Assembly (NCBI GenBank): GCA_965140415.1
Contig: OZ223209.1
Coordinates: forward strand, 32,001 to 96,000
Length of the DNA: 64,000 nt
From: Myxococcota bacterium
GTDB lineage: Bacteria > Myxococcota_A > SURF-8
Reading direction: 5' to 3'
Part shown: positions 56,187 to 64,000 of the stretch, one piece after another
How the letters are laid out: each line of letters opens with the position of its first letter
How positions within the stretch are numbered: the stretch's first letter is position 1
Notes under the pieces: model-generated
Databases searched by the model: none
What the model saw: only the letters and a program-made list of their open reading frames with translations
Told to the model about the DNA's origin: nothing
Position numbers and translations under genes: made by a program

Positions 56187-57785
56187 TTATGTATACAGCC
56201 GCTTATCATATGCCGAAACGTTGTGTCCCAAGGCTGCGAATGCACCCGATTCGATCATGTAGCGGTAGAAGTCGTTTTTCTCCCCTTTTAACAGCAACGC
56301 TTCCTGCCGGAACCAGTCGAGATCGACGTGCTGCTTCACCGGTTTTCCGTCCAACAGAGTCTGGTAGATCTTGATGTGCTCCGGAATCGTGTCGCGGGCG
56401 TCGGTTTGCGACACCGCCCATTCCCGGCTTTTCGCTCCGAGTTGGCCCAGTTCACCACTGCGCTTCATTTCAACACAACGCTCAATGGTGGCGACCAGAT
56501 CGTTTCGCTTCTCGATCGGCAGGATCGGGGGATCTTCGCGGTCGCGATTCAGCTCTTCCGTCGAGTAGACGATCAAGGGAGTTTCCCAGCACATCATTTC
56601 GATACCGAAAAGCCCAAACGTGCCGATGGAGACCTGGTCTACAGCCACATCCGCGTGAGCGTACAACCTGCGGGCTTCATCGGGGGCGACCTGCGAAACA
56701 TACAACACTTCGATCGGCAGCCCCTTCTTCTTCAATTGCTCCAGCACATCCAGAATCAGCTGCGAGCCTTTCTTCCAGTTCGCCGATGGTGCGTGCAATA
56801 CATACAGCTTTTCCGGATCTTTATCGATGGGATACTCCCGTTGCAAGCGCTGTTTTTCTTCCAGTGACCATTCCTTCGTATCCGCAAAACCAGGAAAAAA
56901 CAGATAGCGCGGCAGACAGGTAATGCCCAGAAAGACATCCGCGTACTGGTTCATGTACTTCATTCGCAGAAACTGCTCCCAATTGTGAAAGTAGGGCGCA
57001 GGGGGATCGTAGCCCAAGAATCGGGCCTGATGATAAAAGATGACTTCTACGGAACGACTGTCGCTGCCCCAGAAAGAGAAGAGGATTTTCTTACCCCGCT
57101 CTTTCAGTTCCGGCAGTTCGTGCATGTCCAGGTACAGGGATTGTGCGAAATGAAAATGAAAAATATCGTACTCGTCCATAGCCCGCCTGGCGAACTCATC
57201 CACCTTCGCCACCGCTTCCTTTTCCGGCAGGGCGTTGACGTTTAAATTGACATCGCAATGATAGTTGAGCCAGGAACCATAATAATTCGCGCTGGTGGCG
57301 TTCACCCCATGCTCGCGCAACAGGCGGGAGAAACGGCCCATCACACCGGCAATTTCAAAGGGAGCATGCAGCACCCGTGCGCCTCCGAGTGGATCGTCGT
57401 CGCTGAAATTTCGTTTTATAATTTTGGGTTGGGACGAGTTGACGGCCTGCGCCTGCCGGAGAAGATCGCTCAATTCCGCATCGCCGGGATGCTGCTCTAA
57501 GCAGAGTGCAAGCGGCTTTACGGCGTCACCCAAACGCTCCTGCACTTTCAGCACTTCCGCCAGATTCAGAGCGGCGTCCTTGTTTCCGGGTTGCAACGAA
57601 AGCGCCTGCTGCAATGCCTGTGTGGCCTGCTCCACCTCTCCCTGCTGCCACAATATCGTTCCCAGACCGTTATAGGCTTCGGCGCTGTCGGGTTGCTCTT
57701 TCAGTAAACTCCGAAGCAAGTGAACCGCTTCGGTTAACTTTCCCTGCGAAAAGAGTTGTTCGGCTTGTGTGAGTTTATCGTTCAT
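56187..57785 (-). CDS. TPR-domain glycosyltransferase (GT-B-like)
   Basis: N-terminal TPRs (AEAYNGLG); YDIFHFHF, FWGSD, VLHAPS...KG, ADVAVDQ...FGLFGIEMM. Confidence 0.8.
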   Translation of the reverse strand: MNDKLTQAEQLFSQGKLTEAVHLLRSLLKEQPDSAEAYNGLGTILWQQGEVEQATQALQQALSLQPGNKDAALNLAEVLKVQERLGDAVKPLALCLEQHPGDAELSDLLRQAQAVNSSQPKIIKRNFSDDDPLGGARVLHAPFEIAGVMGRFSRLLREHGVNATSANYYGSWLNYHCDVNLNVNALPEKEAVAKVDEFARRAMDEYDIFHFHFAQSLYLDMHELPELKERGKKILFSFWGSDSRSVEVIFYHQARFLGYDPPAPYFHNWEQFLRMKYMNQYADVFLGITCLPRYLFFPGFADTKEWSLEEKQRLQREYPIDKDPEKLYVLHAPSANWKKGSQLILDVLEQLKKKGLPIEVLYVSQVAPDEARRLYAHADVAVDQVSIGTFGLFGIEMMCWETPLIVYSTEELNRDREDPPILPIEKRNDLVATIERCVEMKRSGELGQLGAKSREWAVSQTDARDTIPEHIKIYQTLLDGKPVKQHVDLDWFRQEALLLKGEKNDFYRYMIESGAFAALGHNVSAYDKRLYT

Positions 57786-58590
57786 GAGACTCCGTAAGGT
57801 TTAATAGTGCAGCCAGATTGCGCCCCAGTACGTTTTCCAATTTTTCCTGCTCCAGCCCCTCGGCGATTTCGAACAGACAGTTCAGCGCTTGATTCGGTGT
57901 ATATTCGGGCATATCCGAACCCCAGATCAGGCGACGGTCGAAAAGGAAGAGCAACTGGCGGATATCCGCCCGGATGGAGCTTTCGAAATAGCGCGGCAAT
58001 ATCAGCGAGAGATCCAGGTAGGCGTTGGGACAATCCCGAATCGCTTCGTAGCAGTGCAGCAGTTGCGAGGCGCAGCCGTGCAATAAAACGAAGGTCAGTT
58101 TTTCGAAATTCGTGATCAACTGATGAATGCTCTCCACCGGCGTTTTCGACAGGTGTACGCGCCGCGAATGGAATAGCGTATCCAGCCAGATGGCCGGAGG
58201 ACGTTCCCAGTCGCACAGTTCCTCATACAACGCCATACAGCGCGTATCCAATGGGTCGTAACCGTTCAAGCGCGGATGCAGCTTTAAAACGGGCGCACAT
58301 AACGGTTTGATTTCCTGCTGAAAAGCGCGCCGGGCGGCGTCTTCGTTTTCATACGCCGCCGGGTTGAAACTCACTCCGGCGATCAGGCGATCGTCATGCT
58401 GGGCGCAGGCATTCAAAACGAATTCGTTTTCGATGTGATCCGCCAGCGCCACCACCACCGCACGTTCGATTTGCGCCGCATCCATTTCGGTTAGCAGCCG
58501 CGACAACGAGGCGTCGTGCTGCGTACCGAACCAGTTTCCATCCGGCGTAAGATGCGTAATGGAATCGATGCGTTTCGCAGAGCCGCTCAT
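57775..58590 (-). CDS. Amidohydrolase_2-family metallohydrolase
   Basis: IDSITH, LKLHP, VLLHG, YLDLS, IWGSDMP. Confidence 0.82.
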   Translation of the reverse strand: MSGSAKRIDSITHLTPDGNWFGTQHDASLSRLLTEMDAAQIERAVVVALADHIENEFVLNACAQHDDRLIAGVSFNPAAYENEDAARRAFQQEIKPLCAPVLKLHPRLNGYDPLDTRCMALYEELCDWERPPAIWLDTLFHSRRVHLSKTPVESIHQLITNFEKLTFVLLHGCASQLLHCYEAIRDCPNAYLDLSLILPRYFESSIRADIRQLLFLFDRRLIWGSDMPEYTPNQALNCLFEIAEGLEQEKLENVLGRNLAALLNLTESHER

Positions 58591-59831
58591 CGCCCGCCTC
58601 CCAGGTGATTCTCGACGACCGGCTTAGTTGGTTGATCGTCCGGTGGTGCCACTTCGAAGCGCACGAGTTCCTCCACCTGCCGCAGGCAATCCTCCGCCTG
58701 ACTCCGCGTTTGTGTCAATACAACCAGATAACCGCTGCGTTGCAGGCTGTTCGCCAGTTCCGGGATGCTCTCGCCTGGCTGCCGCAAAGCGCCGATCGCA
58801 GCCACGCCCGGCAGTTTGGCGGCCTGGTCCAGGCCGTGGATATCTACCAGCAGACCCGGTTCGGGACAGAAGAAGTGATAAATGGCCGCACGGTTACAAG
58901 TCGGTTGGATGTCGGCCTGTTGCCCGGTCAATTGCCGCGCCCATTGTACAGGCATGTTTACGCCGGAGCACCATTGCACGATATGCGAGAAGATATGTCC
59001 GCCGCCGCCACGCGCGCCGCATTCCACCAAATGAATTTCGCCTGCTTCCGTAACGATCAATTCCGTATGCGCCGCGCCGATGTTGATGCCAAGCGCATTC
59101 ACGGCCTGAATGGCAAGTTCTTCCGCGCGCTTTAAAATGTCTTCATCGAATTGAGCGGGATAGAACAGATCGGTCGCCACGCGCGAAAGAAGCGGCGGCT
59201 TGATCTTGTCACTCATAGCCAGTACAAACGTTTCGCCGTGATCCGTCATCGATTCCACGGTCATTTCGATGCCTTCGATATATTGCTCGATCAGCACGCG
59301 CCCGTTGAGCGCAAAACGCCGTGCCAGCCGGTACGCCTTGGAAACCGCTTCTTCCTGCTTGATGATCAGGATGCCGCGTCCGCCACCGCCGCTGTAGGCG
59401 GGTTTGATGAGACAGGGGAAACCGATTTCACAAGCGGCTTGCTGCGCCTGCGCCTCATCCATCACCAGGCGAAAATCGGGCTGAGTGAGCCCTGCCTGCT
59501 TCCACTCTTGACGCATCAGACCTTTATCGGTAGCGCGCTTTGCGGTGCCTTCGTCGATGCCGGGCAATCCGAGTTGAGCGGCAGCATAGGCGGCGGAAGG
59601 TGTGGCGAAATCGTTTAGCGGCATGATGCCATCGACCGCATGTTCTCTGGCAGCGGTTAAAATCGCTTGTGGATCGGAAATGTCGGCCAGACAACGCTCC
59701 TTAGCAAAGGCGAAGGCGGGAGCCTGCGGGTTTTTGTCGGCGCAGACAACGTGGAATCCGGCTTCGGAAATCCGTCGCACCGAATCCGCCAGAAACAAGC
59801 CTCCTCCCAGAACCAGCAGTTTAGTCATCAT
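58587..59831 (-). CDS. ATP-grasp ligase
   Basis: TDKGLMR, IGFPCLIKP..GGGGRG, IEQYIEG.E, HTE, VECGARGGG. Confidence 0.85.
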   Translation of the reverse strand: MMTKLLVLGGGLFLADSVRRISEAGFHVVCADKNPQAPAFAFAKERCLADISDPQAILTAAREHAVDGIMPLNDFATPSAAYAAAQLGLPGIDEGTAKRATDKGLMRQEWKQAGLTQPDFRLVMDEAQAQQAACEIGFPCLIKPAYSGGGGRGILIIKQEEAVSKAYRLARRFALNGRVLIEQYIEGIEMTVESMTDHGETFVLAMSDKIKPPLLSRVATDLFYPAQFDEDILKRAEELAIQAVNALGINIGAAHTELIVTEAGEIHLVECGARGGGGHIFSHIVQWCSGVNMPVQWARQLTGQQADIQPTCNRAAIYHFFCPEPGLLVDIHGLDQAAKLPGVAAIGALRQPGESIPELANSLQRSGYLVVLTQTRSQAEDCLRQVEELVRFEVAPPDDQPTKPVVENHLGGGR

Positions 59832-60513
59832 TTGGCTCGCCGGGATCGATCAGTTTCATGAGGTCGGGATCGTTTTTGTATTCCTTCTTGCAGACGGTGC
59901 GGAAGGTGTCCCATTTGAGCGTGTCGATACAGAAAAACCAGATGTCCTCCTGCTTTTCGATAAACGCCAGCTTCTCCAGGAATTCCTCGGTTTGAAGTTT
60001 CTGCGGGATGACCACCACGCCGGAATCGTCGCAGACGGCGATGGCTCCCTCGTAAAGTTCGCGCCGCTGTTGCAACCAGGCTTCCGGTGCGGGCGTGTCG
60101 CTTTTGCGGTTGAAACAGCCGATCGGGGTGACGTCCTTGCACCAGATCGGCCAACGTTCCTTTATCAAGCGAGATGCGTCACGCAGGTAGCCGTCGGTGA
60201 CGATAGCCTCGGCTTTGCGGTAGAGCATGATGTATTTCGACACCAACGAACCGAACAGGGCGCGCTGTTCGCAGTCGAGCGCTTCGGCAATGACGATGTG
60301 CCCGTATGGAAGCTCTCGCAATTGTTCGTGTAATTCGTAATTGGTCTGGTTGTAGGCGTAAGCAAAGAAAACCGGTCCGACGCGAAAGTGCCCTGCCGTC
60401 AGCGGTCGTATTCCGGAGATTGCACCGCTTTTATTCATGCAGTCGGCGATTTCCGTAGTGCTGATGCGGTTGAGGCGGATTTGCTCGATGATACGCGCTT
60501 GCAGTTCGGACAT
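59821..60513 (-). CDS. RraA/HMG-aldolase family protein
   Basis: STTEIADC, ALFGSL, AIVTDGYLRD, AVCDDSGVVVIP; GGAG before MSELQ. Confidence 0.78.
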   Translation of the reverse strand: MSELQARIIEQIRLNRISTTEIADCMNKSGAISGIRPLTAGHFRVGPVFFAYAYNQTNYELHEQLRELPYGHIVIAEALDCEQRALFGSLVSKYIMLYRKAEAIVTDGYLRDASRLIKERWPIWCKDVTPIGCFNRKSDTPAPEAWLQQRRELYEGAIAVCDDSGVVVIPQKLQTEEFLEKLAFIEKQEDIWFFCIDTLKWDTFRTVCKKEYKNDPDLMKLIDPGEPNDD

Positions 60514-60524
60514 CGTGGCCTCTC

Positions 60525-61823
60525 CTATTTTGTAGAGCCTTTCTCGATTTCCTTGGCCCGGCGTTGATCTTCCAGCAGGCTGTACAGTCCCCAGCAGCGG
60601 GCGCAACCCCGATAAGCACCATAGTGTTGCAAGTTGCGCCGTTGTTCCCGCATGACCTCGCCGTTCCAGATATCCATAATCTTGTCGTTATAGATATTTC
60701 CGGTTGGCGGCAACAGGCAATGATGAAACGCCCGTACGTCCCCGCTGGGATTGACCGTCAGATCGTACCATAGCACCCGGCAGCGCGGATTGTCCACCGG
60801 GAAGTCATTGGTTTGCACGTATTTGAGCAGGTGTTCGAGTTCGAAATTGGGACGGAAATGAATGCGGTAGCCTTCACTCTCCGGGTACTTTTCCTCTACA
60901 AGTTTCGCCTGTCTGCTCATTTCACCAAGATCGATCTGATCCAGGTGCACGCTCTGTACGGTCGATTCCTCAACCGGCGCACTGACTTGTGCATGCAGTT
61001 CGTTGTGTTCACGCGCCATTTCTTCCGTGGTGTACAATAGCCAGTGGAAGCTTACGAAAACGTCCTTTAAAATGCCTTCCTTCTCCAGCGCCTGCACCGT
61101 ATCGAGGATGTGGTTGTAGTTCAGATGCGTGATGGTGAAATAGAACCCGATCTGCGTGCGGGTGTTCAGTTCGCGACGGGCGGCGATCAGTTCCTTTACG
61201 CCGTCGATCATCTTGCGGAATGCGCCCGGCACCCGGCAGACTTCGTCGTGGGTTTCCTCCGGTCCATCCAGACTCAGCCGCACCGAATCGATATCCAATT
61301 CCACCATGCGCCGCGCATGCCGCTTGAGGTTGAATCCGTTGGTTAAAAGCCAGAAGGGCATCTGGCGGCTTTTCGTGTATTCCAACAGTGGAATCAAATG
61401 CTTGTATAACATCGGCTCGCGGTAGGAAGCACGGACGATCGGGCGGCTCCAGGCCACTTGATCGACCATCGATTTGAGCGCATCGAAATCCAGTTCGATA
61501 TTGCGGCTGTCATCGACGACGTTGTACTTGTAGTAAAAAGTGTCGTCGCGATCCATGCCGAAATCGCAATAACTGCATTTCAAATTGCAGGTATTGTTGA
61601 CGCACAGATTGATCGTGTGCGGCGGCAAGGCATAACCGTCGGGCAAGGTCCAGTAATTGACATATTGCAGAAAATACTTGGAACGCGCCGAGTGCTGCGA
61701 TTGCAGCCCGAGCCGGTCGAAATATTCACAGAATTCCCAGTATGCCCGGCGCACTTCGCGCCCCTGCTCGGTCAGATGCGTTTCAGTCAGCCATTCTTCC
61801 GGCTTGACGGTTAGAAAATCCAT
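60525..61823 (-). CDS. Radical SAM/SPASM protein
   Basis: CNLKCSYC, LTNG, SLDGPEETHD, C-terminal CRVLW...CARC. Confidence 0.85.
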   Translation of the reverse strand: MDFLTVKPEEWLTETHLTEQGREVRRAYWEFCEYFDRLGLQSQHSARSKYFLQYVNYWTLPDGYALPPHTINLCVNNTCNLKCSYCDFGMDRDDTFYYKYNVVDDSRNIELDFDALKSMVDQVAWSRPIVRASYREPMLYKHLIPLLEYTKSRQMPFWLLTNGFNLKRHARRMVELDIDSVRLSLDGPEETHDEVCRVPGAFRKMIDGVKELIAARRELNTRTQIGFYFTITHLNYNHILDTVQALEKEGILKDVFVSFHWLLYTTEEMAREHNELHAQVSAPVEESTVQSVHLDQIDLGEMSRQAKLVEEKYPESEGYRIHFRPNFELEHLLKYVQTNDFPVDNPRCRVLWYDLTVNPSGDVRAFHHCLLPPTGNIYNDKIMDIWNGEVMREQRRNLQHYGAYRGCARCWGLYSLLEDQRRAKEIEKGSTK

Positions 61824-61824
61824 T

Positions 61825-63171
61825 TCAGCGCTCCTTATCGTTTCCCGGCTCGTTGTCGAGAGATTTCACTTGCTTGGCCAACTCCAACCCATATCCAAAG
61901 CGTTCGTAACGTGCGCGCATGTCCGCCGGGTGCCGCCCTTTGCGTGCCAGCGCCTCCACCCAGTCCGGGCGCGGCCAGCATTGCTTCAAGGCCCGGTGAC
62001 AATGCTCTTTCCATTCGTTCAACAGCGTTTGTAACGCGTCGTCCTCGGTTTGCGACAGCGCCCAGTCCAGATGCCCCAAGGCCGCCGGAAAACGCCCCAT
62101 CTCAAATTCTTTTAGCGCCAGAATGCCCAGATCCTCCGCGTCTGCCGGAATGATGTCTTCCATCAAAGGCGACTGCTTATCGTAGTCGATACCGAGCAGA
62201 TCGGGACGCTGGGCCTGCGTACTCCACAGCCAGGCGCAACGGCGACAGCCAAAGCCCTGCTGTTCCATCTCCTTGAATTTTCCCGCCACCATCGCGGCAC
62301 GGAAGGCCGTGGCCTGCGGCCCGTTCCAGCAATAGTCGAAATCATGTTCCAAAAGACTGGGCCACAAGACGTTTTCACTCGGTTCCACAAAACAGTAATC
62401 AGTTCGACCGTCGTGCAGTACCGTAAACGCGCTCCAGGGAAAAACGCAACGCGGGAAGCTGGTTTCGTCCAGTTGTTGGTGCATATTCAAGCTGGCTTCC
62501 TCGATGCTGTCCTGAAAGCTGTCCGTCCAGTGGAAATCCACCGAATTCAAACCGGGATAATGACTCCTGAAAAAGGCTGCGACCCGTTCTTCCGTTTCGC
62601 TGCGATTGCCCTGCTGATGCACGTAGTCGATCACCACGTTGCTGTCCCAGCGTTCCATGTCGCGCCGCACTTGCAAAAAAGCCTGCAAGCCGTCAAGCGC
62701 GCGCTGCATGCGTGGCCGTCCATGACAAGCGCTGTAAACGTCTTCGGTGATGCCGCTGATGCTGAAGGCGACGAAATCCAAAAGTGGCACCAATTCCTGC
62801 GCCAGTTCGGGGGTCATCAAAATGCCGTTGGTATGCATGTGCAGCCGGGCATTGGGAAAGCGCTGCCGGGTTTGTCGAATGATTTCGACAATATCCGGAT
62901 TCATCAGCGGTTCGCCCTGCTTTTGGAAATAGATTTTGGAAATGCTGTCGGGCAGCTTGGGAAGAATCGTCTGCAAGGTCTGTAAGGTCATGAAACCACG
63001 ATCTTTTCGCATGGTTTCGTGCCGGGCGCAGACGGCGCAACGCAGGTTGCAGTAATTGGTCGGCGACAAATACAGCAACCAAGGCGTATCCGGGGCGGTA
63101 TCGGCGCCTGTCACCCAACCAAAGGTGCGACTGGCTTTGACTTTTTCCGCCATACTGCGAATGCGTTGCAT
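61825..63171 (-). CDS. Radical SAM/SPASM (twitch-like) protein with a helical C-terminal extension
   Basis: CNLRCAVC, GEPLMNP, TNGILM, CVFPW...DYC...CRRC; probable start MQRIRS. Confidence 0.85.
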   Translation of the reverse strand: MQRIRSMAEKVKASRTFGWVTGADTAPDTPWLLYLSPTNYCNLRCAVCARHETMRKDRGFMTLQTLQTILPKLPDSISKIYFQKQGEPLMNPDIVEIIRQTRQRFPNARLHMHTNGILMTPELAQELVPLLDFVAFSISGITEDVYSACHGRPRMQRALDGLQAFLQVRRDMERWDSNVVIDYVHQQGNRSETEERVAAFFRSHYPGLNSVDFHWTDSFQDSIEEASLNMHQQLDETSFPRCVFPWSAFTVLHDGRTDYCFVEPSENVLWPSLLEHDFDYCWNGPQATAFRAAMVAGKFKEMEQQGFGCRRCAWLWSTQAQRPDLLGIDYDKQSPLMEDIIPADAEDLGILALKEFEMGRFPAALGHLDWALSQTEDDALQTLLNEWKEHCHRALKQCWPRPDWVEALARKGRHPADMRARYERFGYGLELAKQVKSLDNEPGNDKER

Positions 63172-63316
63172 CTTTTCCCCTTCGGTCTTGCGATTCAGGA
63201 ACGGATCTTCCAATTCGATTAATAGAAACCCTCACTTATAATTGTCGGTTATTATCCCGAAATCTTTACTGGTTTCGTCATAGATGTTTAACGCGAGAGA
63301 AGCAATCTGGTAATCA

Positions 63317-64000
63317 TCAACGTGCTGTACCATTTCCGCTTAAAAGAGACCGCTTCAAGGACTGGATTCGTTCCCGAGTTGGATCAGGTAGAACCACATC
63401 CACCGGCAACCCCACTGCTTCCGCTCGAATCGGCAACCCGCTGAAATCGAAGCGCTTGGTCGGGATTCCCCAGGCAAGTCCGCTGCGCGGCAGAAGTGCG
63501 AAACCGAGTTCCCCGGCTTCGATGAAACCGCCGGTCGGCTCGCCGATAACCCAGGTATTTTCAAGATGTTTCAGAGCCAGAACGATGTTTTCCGCTGAAC
63601 TGGCGGTATGGCGATCGACAAGCACCAGGATCTGTCCTTTGTAGTCGTTTTCTGCTGCGCCAAGCAACTCCATGGGGTGGCATTGGGCTTCAGGCTGCGA
63701 CGACATTTCGACGCTTCGGAGCATCTGGCTCCACGCCTGTTCTTTCAAGGATTGAATTCTCTTTGTATCGTTCTGGTTTGCATTGCAAGCGCATACCCAT
63801 TGTCTAATGGCTTGATTGGCTTGCAATGCCGCAAGATCCGCCCCAACATTCTGACAAACCTGCCCTAGAGCAATAGGATGTGAAATCAACTGCTTGATCC
63901 ATTCGTACCCATAACGGTTACTGCCGCCGCCGTTTCCACGCAGATCCAAAACCAGGCGGGCGTGGCGGCGATGCCGGGTGGCATCCTGAACGAAGCGCGA
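63317..64000 (-). CDS. S41-family peptidase, 5' end outside the window
   Basis: LVLDLRGNGGGS, VLVDRHTASSAE, IGEPTGG; frame is open to the window edge. Confidence 0.85.
   Translation of the reverse strand, partial: SRFVQDATRHRRHARLVLDLRGNGGGSNRYGYEWIKQLISHPIALGQVCQNVGADLAALQANQAIRQWVCACNANQNDTKRIQSLKEQAWSQMLRSVEMSSQPEAQCHPMELLGAAENDYKGQILVLVDRHTASSAENIVLALKHLENTWVIGEPTGGFIEAGELGFALLPRSGLAWGIPTKRFDFSGLPIRAEAVGLPVDVVLPDPTRERIQSLKRSLLSGNGTAR

Noticed and set aside
60525-64000. RiPP cluster (two SPASM enzymes plus S41 peptidase)
   Set aside because: No precursor ORF or RRE domain was seen, and the coupled genes are glycan-type. It cannot be fully excluded because the region upstream lies outside the window.

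Overview
Bacterial chromosomal window, mostly moderately GC-rich, probably from a Myxococcota or delta-proteobacterial organism (inferred from a MYXO-CTERM-like tail, EGF/Cys-rich lipoproteins and a sigma54-type regulator). The first ~38 kb holds at least seven predicted lipoproteins that share acidic (xx-DGD)n linkers but carry unrelated domains: a >1765-aa protein missing from the ORF track, an endonuclease I, a ~2100-aa subtilase, a DUF1566-like protein and a protein with four NCC/CxCxC domains. Housekeeping genes are interspersed (queC, queE, ssb, elbB, tdh, kbl, pepA, a SpoIID/LytB protein, an MFS transporter, a HesB-like protein). Intergenic DNA contains several palindromic repeat families. 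Three intact IS4-family elements sit inside copies of two dispersed hairpin repeats, each with its own target-site duplication, and empty copies of both target repeats are also in the window. A structured ~187-bp MITE-like element occurs twice, and a GTAG REP doublet encodes the C-terminus of one CDS. The right end has two decayed transposases, an AT-richer B12-type radical SAM gene and a tightly coupled operon (2 radical SAM/SPASM, RraA-like, ATP-grasp, amidohydrolase, TPR-glycosyltransferase). No rRNA, tRNA or CRISPR array was recognised. All family assignments come from motif recognition by eye; no searches were run.
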